Below, piece after piece: positions 1 through 11,136 of a DNA stretch of 64,000 nucleotides (its first letter is position 1; the number at the start of each line of letters is the position of its first letter). A program made the translations under genes and the position numbers. The DNA is taken from assembly GCA_040357565.1 (NCBI GenBank), contig JBDODJ010000001.1, one strand, 5' to 3'. The stretch is from Cercozoa sp. M6MM. Taxonomy: Eukaryota > Protista > Endomyxa: Ascetosporea. The notes under the pieces were generated by a model. The model saw only the letters and a program-made list of their open reading frames with translations, was not told where the DNA came from and searched no databases.

Positions 1-2905
1 ACTGCAGGCTCTGGCACCGCTCGAGTTGAGCGACCTCGGTGTCTGCCACACAGATGCACGTACATGGTATGCGACACATGGTAGACTGAGGCAGTACCCG
101 GGCGGCCCATCTTGACATAGTCGCCGCAGTCGTGGCCCCACACGCCAAACATCATCGAGCGCATGATCGCACCTGCACCATTGGTCCACATATATACATA
201 TATACTCAGTACACACACTCACACCCACACCCACCCCCACAGACCAGCAATGCAATGTACCCAACGAGAAGGAGTCCGATAAGGCAGATCGCATGCCGAG
301 TGTTGCTGCCTCGGGTGCACTGTAACCTGGGGTGAAACCTGTATCACCACACACACACACACACACAAACATACGCACACACAAGACACAAAAGGCATAG
401 GAGAAGGTAAGGGCACAGAGTAGTTGCGAGTGCGGCGATGTCGGTCGGCACAGTTGTTGCAGCACCTTCAACAGTGCCTGCTCGTGCGAAGTGCTGCACA
501 CACACACAAGCAAAGTACATGCATGTGTACACACAGGGCACACACACAACATACATGCATACAGTATACACACAGAGCACACAAAGAAGAGGGAGTGTGC
601 TACTCATGGAGCAAACGCGCCTGCCGCAGCTGTCGCACAAAAAGCCGAGCACACGTGGAGTGCGAGGCCAACGTAGATGCTACCGGACAACCCTGCCGAC
701 ACACGAAGCAGATACACATGGACAGACAGAAACAGACCAGGACTACCTTGGGATGCAACCGCGAGCATCCTTGCAGTGACGCCTCGCCGTAGTCAATCAG
801 CACAGCGTACACGCTGCCTAGTTCGACCTGCAACAGACATAACATGTTTGAGCACACATGTGCACAGACAGACACGTGATACCTTATCGAAAAGGTCGTA
901 CATTTCGCCAAGTGAGGCACACGCCTCGATTTGCTCGCAGACCGCAGTGTCGTTCGACGAGAACATGAGATTGCCTGGCGATAAATCATTGTGAAGAATG
1001 CCGCGCTTGTGAAGACGTGTTAGTAGTCGGCACAGTGGCGTCAACAAGGACACTGTGGCTCGTGCGGCCTGTCGCAACTCGTGCTCGTGCCCTGTGCCGT
1101 ACATAATATACAGAGACACATGATACATGCAAATGTGCACACACACACATATGCATTGCTTGCAGAGAGCAAGGGTACCAAAGGGAGCAGTGTTCTCCAA
1201 CAACTGCCCCAGCGAGCAGCCACGCACTCGCTCCACCACGATGGCGGTGTCAGTGTTGGCCTCAACAGCAGCAGCAGTGGGGCACAACTTGACCGCTTCG
1301 ACCGGCAACTCTTTCTATTGCAGGCACACAGCACAATACACACTACCTAGGCCTGACAAGTGTGGAAGGAAGAGGGAGAAAGCTGCCTGCCGTTCGAGGT
1401 AGGCCAATTGCGAGCAGAGATCACCTTGCGGCAAGATGCTCGTGGGCAGCACAGGAACTGTGCCCACTGGGCTTACCGTGTGCTGCCTGTGTCATCCACA
1501 CACACACATACACAACATATAATACACACACACACACATACATATACACACACAAATGACAGAGAGTCAGGGCACCCCAAGTCAGCACCGGCCACCTGCT
1601 GCACGGTCTTGGTGGCCTCCAACTCAAAAAGCAGTGAGTTGGAGGCCCTCGTGCCTGCTTGAGCCAAGTCACGCTGCCTACCCACACACATGTTAATGTA
1701 CATACACACACATATATAGACATAAATATATGTACAGGCAGTACCACTTCTCAGTGACGCGCTCAATTTCTATCCAGTGTGCTCGCATGGCGGCCTCGTC
1801 GGCTGATTTTGTAAGAGCACTTTCCGCACGCATGTAGCGCGCGTTGTGCTTTCTGATCAGACCACACACAATGTATGCATACAGACACATACAGTAGACA
1901 CACAGTACACACACAGTACGCACAGTACAGACAGACACAGACATAATCAAAAACACACAAGGTACCTGCTAGCGGTCTGTTGCGCCAGTCGTACATTTGG
2001 TGCTTTCACGATGCACCACGTGTCTTGCGCTACCATAAACACACAGACATATGCACATACCCATAGACACATGTGTGAGTGTGCGTTACACCTCTTTGGT
2101 TTAGTGTGCAGTAGTACCCTTGCAGTAGCGCAGCAGTGCCGATCGGTCTCGTTCATCGAGACCCCGTGGGTCGGCGTTGGGAAGTTCCATTGTCGTTGTT
2201 TCTCTCTGTGTCAAAACCAACATACCACAACACAAGCACTCACTCGCACCACAAGCACAGAGTAGTAGAGGTAGTACCAGTTCAACGGAGAGTGTTCTTG
2301 CTTTGTTTCACTTTGTTCTGCACAAGCACAACACAGAAAACTAATGCCTTGAGCCACACTCAAAGGACACACACACAGACAAAACACACGAGACAACAAA
2401 CACTCGAGACAACAAAAACAAGCACCGCTCCTCGCGATGCTCGCGGTCGGCGCTTGTGTTCTAGTACTTAGCACAGTCAGTAGCAGTGTCTCAACACTAG
2501 TCTAGTCAGTGTTTGGGGCGTATTCTGAGTTTCTGACCGAAACTCAGAACGGCGGTTTCTGGCACACTTGCACCGTTGATTTCTCGCTGTGCTGGCCACT
2601 AGGCCACGTGACACACACAATTCCGCGTGCAGTCTACTGCACCACGGCCTCTGATGCACTCAGCGCGGCGATCAGAGCAGCCCGGAGTCGCCTCAGTGCG
2701 CGAAAGTTTGAGCGAGCGATCAGGCCGCCAGACACTCGAGACACTGGGCGCCACGCTTCTCGCCGCTCCAAATCGCAACACACTACATACCAGCAAATTT
2801 GAGTGCACTTATCGTAATGCCACCTAATATTAGTGTGTACTGGTGCTGTCTGCAGCTCTAAATAGGGACTCTGCAGGCGAGTTGCTTCACACCCAAATAG
2901 CCATG
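1..2905 (-). CDS. Multi-exon non-RD protein kinase-like gene, copy 1 (3' end outside window; start approximate)
   Basis: Exons encode CIVKAP (beta3 Lys), LTRLHKRGILHNDLSPGNLMF (catalytic loop), VLIDYGEA (DFG-like) and GFTPGYSAPE...SDSFSLG (subdomains VIII-IX), separated by TG-rich GT-AG introns. Confidence 0.8.
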
Positions 2906-2925
2906 TCCCAGTGTCTCCGCCATTT
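1..2925. repeat. Left copy of a large inverted duplication (pairs with ~60575-63602); runs off the window start
   Basis: ORF-track entries mirror each other with constant coordinate sum 63557 (e.g. 793..1308- vs 62249..62764+, 1846..2265+ vs 61292..61711-). Position 1 aligns to ~63602; similarity fades near 2925/60575. Confidence 0.97.
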
Positions 2926-3179
2926 GCGGGCTGTTTTACTGCTTTTGTACGGCGTTAGTGTGTGCCAACTGTACAGTACGTACTAATGAAGCTGTCGGTG
3001 CTGATTCAGCCCTGCACCCGCGAAACTGTGACTTTCAGATGTGGACGAGCTCGTTGTACACTTTAAATTTATGTATGTCCTAATGGCTGTGATTACAGTA
3101 AGAACTGAAGACTAGCGAAAGAACTTGCCAGTTGTCAGTGCGTCGAACTGAAAATTGCAGTTTCACACCGTGGATATAC

Positions 3180-5225
3180 TTAAAGACTATGGTAGAGGTC
3201 CGGCAATCGCAGGCTAGACAAATTAATGTCGACAGCGTAGGCTAGCACGCAAGAGGCCACGTCAAGAGAAGCATACTCCATCAGCAAACTCATGGCCGCA
3301 GTCAGCTCCTCCTTGACCAGGGAACACGCACGGCTCAAGTGCGGTACGCCGTCGGTGCGCCCATCTTGATTGAGATTGAACGGAACACCACGAAGAATAA
3401 GGAAGTGCAGGATCCAATGCCACTTGTCCGGCGCATCGGCGGCGCGAAAGGCATCGATGTAGTTGGCCTGTGCCACAAGCACACGTGCCAAAGAATGAGC
3501 GGGCACGTAGTCATCATCGCCAGGCAGACAGAGTTGCGTCCACGTGCGCTGCATCTGTGTCATGACATGCAACTGATCCTCGAGTGCACTCCTGCAAGCA
3601 TTCAACATTAAGTACAAACACAAGGCAATGCGGAGGGGCATGCAGTACCCTGGAATTCGAGAAAATGGGGCATTCCAAGGCGTGTAGCAATCGGGCCACT
3701 CGTGCAGTAGCTCTTCTTCAGCCAACCGCAGCCAGCTGCAATGTGTTTCTTCTGTTGCTTCCTCTGGTCGCTGCACTGTGCTCATCAGCAGTATGGCCTA
3801 AACGCAGGGTCAACTATAAGGGCGAAAAACTATGCTGGTGAAAAAGGGTAGTATGTGTATGTGTAGGTGAAGTAGAAGGGAGGGTGACGATACAATGACG
3901 GTATGGAAGATGCGCTGTCGCACAGCTGTTGGGTACGGATCGAATCGAGTCGCCACAAGATGCAAGACCCACTGCAGCACGCCGTGTTTGTCAACCTGAA
4001 GCAGATGAATCACAAGGAAGGAAATCGAGGCCAGAGTAGAAGAGGGTATAGTAGGAAAGCACGGTACCTTGTTTGCACCGACAATGCACCTGTCCATGAG
4101 GAAGCAAAAGTCACGCAACGTGTTGAACGTGATGCCAATCAGGTGATCGTAGTCCAGACGCGACAGGAACAAGGCACCAAACACGTCGGCCGCCACAGGA
4201 AACACGCCTCGCAACACACTGCAGAACATGTCTGCGTTGCCTGCGTCGAAGCTGGCTTCAGGGAAGAATACTATTAAGGAGGAAAGGCAACGATGCAAGC
4301 AGAGTAGTTTACAAGAGAAAGGGTCCACGTGACCATCAAAGACGCTCTCGTACCAGTCGAAACACTTCATCGACCAGTCAGTCACTGGAGTTGTTATTCT
4401 GTCTGCACACAGTTTATCATATGCAGCCAAACAAATCGAATAGACAGAGCACATGTTAAGATCGGTAGAGACCACGAAAACGCAGGTCGGTGCTGCAAAG
4501 CAGCTGAGTGGCGCCGTACCACGCGAAGCGATTGCGCATGTCGGAGTGCCGCTGCATCGTCAATTGTGTCAGTGTCTCCAGCAACAATGTCCGCGCGGAG
4601 ACACACTCGCCCTGGCGCCGCTTTGGTACATACGAGCGAAAGACACTTTTTAAGATCGGAAACGGCATAGGGTCGCGCTGCAACCATGCACTGTCCCACC
4701 TACCCCAAGCACATTAAAAAATCCAGCACAAGTTTTACAGAACCAAGCAATACATGGCACAGCGCACGAGCAAGAGACACGCGTAGTCACATGTGGAGGC
4801 GCGCTGATTCATACACATAAGACCCTCGCATAAGACCCTCGCCCTTGCATTAACACGCTTTTTCGTACCTCTACAAGTACCGTTCGCCACTCGTCGCGAA
4901 CCGAACTAACCTGTGGCGTGATACATAGTCATTATTGTTCCCAAATTGACGTTGAAAGCATTCAACCAACCTGCTTGTGCCACTGCGTTACTGGATCAAT
5001 GTCGGTAGAGAGAAAATGTGCAAGCGCGACCCTGGAGATAAGGTTCTCAACAACGACACACAAGGAAAGTGTCACATACCACCTCTCATCGGTGCAAGTC
5101 GGCAGACGCGCAAACACCTCGTCGGCAGATGCAGATTGGAGAGCTCTCAGATCCCCCATAAGCCGACCAAGCTCCAAAGCATCATCTGTCATTATCTTCT
5201 TCTGAGCTCTGGACTGAGAACCCAT
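3180..5225 (-). CDS. Hypothetical spliced protein
   Basis: Consecutive minus-strand ORFs (4962..5225, 4394..4699, 3810..4475, 3180..3785) contain C/T-rich GT-AG intron-like segments; the last two join in frame (ATT|gtatcg...tttag|GCC ATA CTG CTG ATG). No family recognised. Confidence 0.4.
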
Positions 5226-5351
5226 GAATTAGCTTGGCACTGTAGCACATGCACTAGCATGCACGTACACACTCTGATTAAGGCTTTTACTCTCCACAGA
5301 AGGATTTATACTGTAGTCAACATCAACAATCAACGAGTAAGCTTTGACAGG

Positions 5352-5393
5352 GTTAGTTAGTTGAGTCTTTTATGAAGCCAACTAAGTAGTTCC
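5352..5393 (-). repeat. 42-bp dispersed hairpin repeat, copy 1 (copy 2 at 50890-50931)
   Basis: Reverse complement GGAACTACTTAGTTGGCTTCATAAAAGACTCAACTAACTAAC matches 50890-50931 at 39/42 positions; TTAGTTG/CAACTAA stem. Confidence 0.85.
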
Positions 5394-5417
5394 GAAACCG
5401 AACATAAACTACACGAC

Positions 5418-5957
5418 TCAGCTGGGCAAGTCGGGGCTCGACAGCTCGGCAAACTCGGAGCGCAAGACCCAGCGCGCCTCGCCTTGTCGCGTGCGTCGAA
5501 GCGTCGCCACTCGCCTCAGAATGTGTCTCAGCGTGAGTTTGTCCGAGTCGGCGACGAGACTCGACTCAAAGCGCCGCACGATCTGCTGTGACGTGAGCGA
5601 GCCGCCGCTGCGTCGCAGGAGCTGCAGCACGCGGTGCGCGAGCGAGCCACTGCGCGTGTCACTCGTGCCTCGGTCGCGCGTGTCGCGAGCGACCTGAGCG
5701 CGCTGTTCGCGAAGTCGCGCCAGCACAGAGCTGCCGGAGCTCTGACCTGTCGCCGAGGCCGCCGAGACTCGCTCGGCAAGCAGTGCATGAGCGGCGTGCC
5801 GTCTGGCTGCCCCGCTGCGTCTCAACTCGGCCACGGCTTTGTCCGCCTGCTGCTGCGCTTTCTGCTGCATCACACGCAGTGACGTTCCCAGCTTCGGTGC
5901 CTGCACACACTCGTTCCGTTTCATGCGAGTGTTCAAAGCACACACACGCACGCACGC

Positions 5958-6008
<51 letters not shown>

Positions 6009-6108
6009 NNNNNNNNNNNNNNNNNNNNNNNNNNNNNNNNNNNNNNNNNNNNNNNNNNNNNNNNNNNNNNNNNNNNNNNNNNNNNNNNNNNNNNNNNNNN
6101 NNNNNNNN

Positions 6109-6146
<38 letters not shown>

Positions 6147-9100
6147 GCACACAGAAGGAAGCTACCGCTTCGCTCGCAAGTCGCGAATGATCGAACGCAC
6201 TCGAAACGCCGCCGTGCGAAAGCAGCGCTTTCATCTACCAAACACAAACTCAGTTAGCCCAAGTTAACTCAACGTATAGCGACAAAGTAAAGCGACAAAG
6301 CAAAGCGACAAAGCAAAGCGACAAAGCAACGAAAAAGCAAAGCGAAATCGAGTGAAATCAGAAAAGCAAAGCGAAAAACAAGGCGCTACACTGTGCGTAC
6401 CACAGACTTTTCGGCAGAGTCGTCATTGTCCTCGTCGCCATTGTTATCGTCGCCATTGTTATCGTCGCCATTGTTGTCATCGCTGTCCTCAATGTCGCCT
6501 TCGACGAGAGTTTCGTTCTGCGTGTCGGCGTCGTCGTCCTGGTCGTCGAGACGCAGGAGGTCGGCGAGACTCGTCATGCGGAAGAAACGGCGCGCGTTCG
6601 GGTCCTTCATCACCTTGTCGGACAGGAACTGCTTGTACAACTGCCGCGTGTAGATCTTCTCCTCGATGGTGCCACGCGTCACGAGTCGGTAGATGTGCAC
6701 CGCTCGCTGCTGTCCACTGCACAGCAGTCCATATGGACCAGGCATCCCATCGCAGCCTTATCGAGAATTAAGAGCGGTACATGCGATGTGCTCGCTCTCT
6801 GGCTTGAACGTCCGTCGACGGGTTCCAGTCGGGCTGGAATGACAAGGGGGGTAAAGGGTGCAGTCTAGTCTGTACAGACAGGGGAATGGGTAGGGTATAC
6901 ATCGACGATAACGATGCGATTGGCGGCCGTCAGGTTGAGTCCGAGACCGCCAGCACGCGTGGTCATGAGAAAGACGCGCAGCGACGGGTCGTTGCGGAAG
7001 CGTGCCACCAGTTTGGTGCGCGTGCCGACCGGCGTGGCACCGTCGAGTCGCGCCAAGTGGCACGTGTGCTGCCCGGTGACAGCCTCCAGCAGCTGCTGCA
7101 CAATGTCGGCCATCTGGCGCGTCTGCGTGAAGACTAGGACCTTGTCGTCGGCCTGCTTGAGCCACTGGTGCAGCAGCACCTGCAGTGCCTGCAATTTGCC
7201 GCTGCGTTCCACGGCGCCAAAGTCCTCCGGCAGCGGCGTCGTTTGCTCCTGCCGCGTCTTGGCCGTCACATACCGCAAGTCGGCGTGGTTGCACACCTTT
7301 CGGAGCTGCGTCAGCACGCGCAGCATGTTGCCTCGGTTCGTGTCGCCTGTGCGCAGCACTTTCACCTGTGTCACATGGACGTATAGACATAGACATGGGC
7401 ATATAGACATGGACGTGGACATAGTGTACCACATCAGGCGTATCCAACACACTCAGGTAGGCACGGCGCTGTGCGGCTGTGAGTCGGCAGAACAGCACCT
7501 TCTCGGTCTTCTTGGGCAGAGCGAAAGAGTGGCGCAGGTCGTGCTTCGTGCGTCGCAGCAGATAGGGCGCCACCAGTGCCTTCAGTGCCTTGGCACACCG
7601 CAGGCCGAGTTCCACGTCGCCGCGCGAGGCGCCTTTCGATGCGCCGCGTTTGATCGGCACGCAGAAACGCGACTCGAACACTGCCAACTGCGTCACACCA
7701 AGTCTTTCCTCCTTCTCCCTCCTGTGGAGTTTCAACAAGTGAGACACACCTCGCCCAGTCGGCCAGGCGCGGCAAAGTCCAACAGACTCCAAAGCTCCTT
7801 CAGGTGGTTCTGCAACGGCGCTCCTGACAACTGTTAAAAGTACAGGGCAGGATAGGGTAGGGAGAGGTAGTGTAGGGTAGGTAGGGTAGGGTAGGTAGGG
7901 TAGGGTAGGTAGGGTAGGNNNNNNNNNNGGGTAAAGGGTAAAGGGTGAGGGATAAGGGTAAAGGGTGGGTGGATTAAGTAGGGTACCGCGTCAAGTCGTG
8001 CCCAGCAGAGTGATGCAGCACAAAGACACGAAACTCGGGCGCCCAGCGATGAAACTCACGTGTCCACTGCATACTGTTTCGTTAAGGGAGCAGACAGAGC
8101 CTATTTAGTCGAAGGAGCGCACACCTGAGCGAGCACAGAGGCCGGTGCGCAGATCAGCACCGGTCGCGCCAGTCGGCCCGAGTGTCGCAGTGCGGCCAAG
8201 AACGACACGGTCTGCACTGTCTTTCCGAGTCCCTACACTCCGCCTAGCAGTATAAACTGTACAAATGGACAGGACGGATGTACCATCTCATCCGCGAGGA
8301 TGCCACCGCAGCGTCGACGGTGCAGTGCGAATTGCCACTGGAGACACTGCCGCTGGTGCTTCAGTAGGTTGCGCCACAGGTCACGCGGCACTCGCAGTCG
8401 CCACGGCAGGTGGTGCGGTCTGCTCAAACACTCGGGTACAAACTGGAGCGTACACATGAACCCCGTACACATGGACCCGTGCATACGAACCGGGCACATG
8501 GACTCGAACACATGAACTCCAGACATAAGAAGTGGTACATGTTGCCGCTGCCGCTGCCTCGGCCTTGCGACGCCTTGTCGACCACGAAAACGTCCGGTCC
8601 GGCACGCGGTCGCTGTGACGTTGCCGGCAAGCGTTTCTCGAGCCACCGATGGAACTCCGCGTCCTCTCTGAGTCGCGACTCGACACGTGCACGTTTATCT
8701 TTGGACAGGAAAATATGGCAACAACAACAGCAACACCACCACCAAAAAGGAACACACCTTTATCCATCTGAGCGAGTTGCGATGCGAAGTGCTTGGCGTT
8801 CTCACGCATGCGACCCAAAGCGCGATCGCGCCGCGGTTCGAACACGTCGTCGTGCGTGTCGTCTTCAAAGTGGCTTTGCAAACGCCGCCGTTTCTTCGGT
8901 CGCTCCTCGGTCAGATCGACGACGTCGTCACCTGCTTCGTCGCTGCTCGCTTCGGCCTCGTGCGCTTCGTATCGCTCCTCCTCGCTCTCGTCGATCTCGG
9001 TTTCGTTTTCCTCCACGAATTCGTCGTCAACGTCATCGCTTTTGAGCTCGAACTCGACGTCGTCGTCGTCGTCGGCGCGCTGGTCTGTGTTAGAAATTTC

Positions 9101-9649
9101 GAGTCAAGGCGCAACAAAGCGACACAAAGCGACACAAAGCGACACAAAGTGAAACAAAGCGAAACCAAGTAAAACAAGAAAAAAGCCAGACAAAGCGAAA
9201 TAAAGCAAAGTAACGCGAAATAAAACGAAAAGCGAGCAAAACGGTCTGAAGACAACTGACCTTCTTGATCGGGAACGTACTCAGCGTCGCTGCTCTGCTG
9301 CTCGCTTGCATCGGCAGCCTGCTCTGCAGCCTGCTCGGCAGCCGCTTCATCGCGCACTCTAAGCAAATCCTCTCGCAAGCGACGCAGTCGAGTTTCGAGT
9401 CTCGTGCTTCGCGCCTTTTCGCTCTGAGACAGCGATCGGCGCGCTTCTTTCGCTGTGTCGAACACTGCGTCGAGCTCGGTGCTAGTTGCGCTGACCTGCG
9501 CCTCCAGATCGGCCACTTGGCGTTGCTTCAGTTGCTGCAGCTGTCCACACAAACAAAATTAACCTAGTATTGCAGCTGTGTCAAAAAAGTACCACATTGC
9601 GGCGCACTTGACTGGCGTCTTCTTCATCAAACACGGGTGGTGCCTCCAT
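5418..9649 (-). CDS. ERCC6: SNF2-family DNA translocase, ERCC6/CSB/Rad26 orthologue
   Basis: [15 protein letters not shown] (motif I), [95 protein letters not shown], and a C-terminal winged-helix-like segment [10 protein letters not shown]...LRHILRRVA. The motif II exon is not visible and probably lies in the gap at 7919-7928. Confidence 0.9.
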
Positions 9650-9859
9650 CACCAGGAAACTCCCGCGAAATTCAAGAAGAATTCGGCAGCAGACTCTAAC
9701 TGTCGGCAAATCGATAAATCATACACTACACACACGTCGACAATGAACGGCGAGTTAATTGGCGGTTGTTTTGTCAAAAAAATTTTTAAAAAAACTCTGA
9801 AGAAGTGTGATGACAGTACTGTAGACGACGATTGAGTGTGGAGACGTGTGTCAGTCACC

Positions 9860-10853
9860 ATGTCTCACAATCAGATCAGTTACTTTGCCCAGTTGCCTCG
9901 AAGGTCGACGCGGATTGCCAATGTCCATGCCGAATCGCTTCTCGCGCTGAAAGCTGAGGTGCTGCGACCTTTTTTGGGTTGTTTTTGTGATTTATCTGCG
10001 AACTTGCAAACTTTCGTTTAGGTTTGCCGTACCGAGGCAGCGATCGAAGCTGGCGAATACGAGCGGCCATCGTTGGATGCATTGAGACTACATGAGCGTG
10101 GTAGGCGACGCCGTGGTGCCGATCGGTACGCGAGCAGCCCGAGTACGCAGGGCCCAACCTCACTCGGCGCCAAAGACGAAGAACCCGGCTACTCATCGTT
10201 GGCCGAGCGACTTCGAGCCAAGGCATCGGTCTATCAGTCAATGTGTAAGCTATCAATCCACCCTCCTCCCGAGAGGCAGCTTTCGTTTTCTGTATCCCAA
10301 ACCCTTGTGCAGCGAGTGGCTCAGGGTCTGCGAGCGATGCACTCGTTGATTTCGATCGCAAGCGGCAAGAAGGCCTCGTGACAGAGAGCCCAGAGGAAGC
10401 TGACACCCCTGCCGGATGGTTCCGAGAGTGGATGCGGCTGTACACTGACCCCGACAGCAACCTTGGCGCTGTCGATGATGAGGAGGTTGCCGAGGATGTC
10501 TGGGCACAAGACGAGGATGTGCACCGACCCAAGAAGCGGCGTCGCACGCAAGAGAACGAGCCAGAACTGGCGCCGCTCAACACTGACGTCCTCGGCGCCC
10601 GTCACATCTGGAAGGGTACCGCCCATGTCCTTTATCAAAGCTATGTCAGGTGCACAATCATGTCCTCTGTGCAGTCAATGCCGAGCAGGTACGCGACGTG
10701 CACCGCGCCGAGAAGGAGGAGGCACGTCGACTGCGACGCAAGCAGCGCGCCGAGCAACGCGCCAAACGCAAGCGACTACTTGAGCTGCGGCAGCAGGAGG
10801 AAATGCGGCAAGAGGTACTTGATCGGTTGCTGGGCCTCGCCAAAGATGACTAG
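9860..10853 (+). CDS. CCDC174-like coiled-coil protein
   Basis: Spliced exons give AESLLALKAE, ERLRAKASVYQSM, ALVDFDRK and a basic C-terminal coiled coil, recalling the CCDC174/DUF4078 pattern (SLVDLKAE...KAKLYEKM...LVDF). Confidence 0.6.
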
Positions 10854-10936
10854 CTGTGACGTGAGCGTCGGGGTTCGTAAGTTACCGTTAGCCTAGATAC
10901 TGTATGCCACCCCGAACTGGGTGGGGTCTAAAAGAT

Positions 10937-10942
10937 AAAAAA
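10937..10942 (-). terminator. Putative RNA polymerase III terminator (T6)
   Basis: TTTTTT on the minus strand 7 nt after the discriminator of the outer tRNA. Confidence 0.7.
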
Positions 10943-10949
10943 CACAGCG

Positions 10950-11136
10950 CGATCCCGACTGGACTCGAACCAGTATCCACTCGAACTGCTCACAACTGCT
11001 CTTTGATATAGTCTTCCGCTCTACCACTGAGCTACTCGCCCGAGGGCGAGGCAGGGCTCGAACCTGCGACCTGAAGATTAGGAAATGATGGAGCCCCGTA
11101 GGGCAGGCAAGCGCTCTACCATTGAGCTACAGGATC
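10950..11136 (-). tRNA. Outer tRNA body (5' half 11136-11107, 3' half 10984-10950) whose anticodon region is replaced by ~120 nt containing a permuted tRNA
   Basis: Acceptor GATCCTG/CGGGATC plus G73; D-arm GCTC-AATGGTA-GAGC; T-arm ACTGG-TTCGAGT-CCAGT; A15:U48; anticodon stem CTTG/CGAG. Anticodon ambiguous (GCA or GCC depending on junction). Confidence 0.8.
11012..11077 (-). tRNA. Circularly permuted tRNA body (3' half 11077-11043 precedes 5' half 11041-11012), nested inside the outer tRNA
   Basis: 3' half TCTTC-AGGTC-GCAGG-TTCGAGC-CCTGC-CTCGCCC-T, a 1-nt spacer, then 5' half GGGCGAG-TA-GCTC-AGTGGTA-GAGC-G-GAAGA. Perfect 7-bp acceptor and 5-bp anticodon stems; G15:C48. Anticodon undetermined. 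Confidence 0.85.

Noticed and set aside
3180-4699. Intronless viral or TE-derived ORFs
   Set aside because: They contain typical GT-AG intron-like segments and show no mobile-element motifs.
5940-6145. Poly-(HT)/(CV) ORFs here and elsewhere in the ORF track
   Set aside because: These are translations of intronic CA/TG microsatellites and N gaps.
7850-7975. Interstitial telomere repeats
   Set aside because: The units are GGGTA/GGGTAAA, not TTAGGG or TTTAGGG, and they lie inside ERCC6 introns.
7835-7985. ERCC6 lacking Walker B (pseudogene)
   Set aside because: The missing motif coincides with an assembly gap (7919-7928).
11078-11082. Amber-suppressor (CTA) anticodon or alternative genetic code
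   Set aside because: CTA is out of register for a 7-nt loop (positions 34-36 read CCT), and no in-frame stops were seen in the conserved exons examined.
10950-11136. Two ordinary tandem intron-containing tRNA genes
   Set aside because: In the linear reading the acceptor stems, anticodon stems and 15:48 pairs all mismatch; they pair only crosswise.
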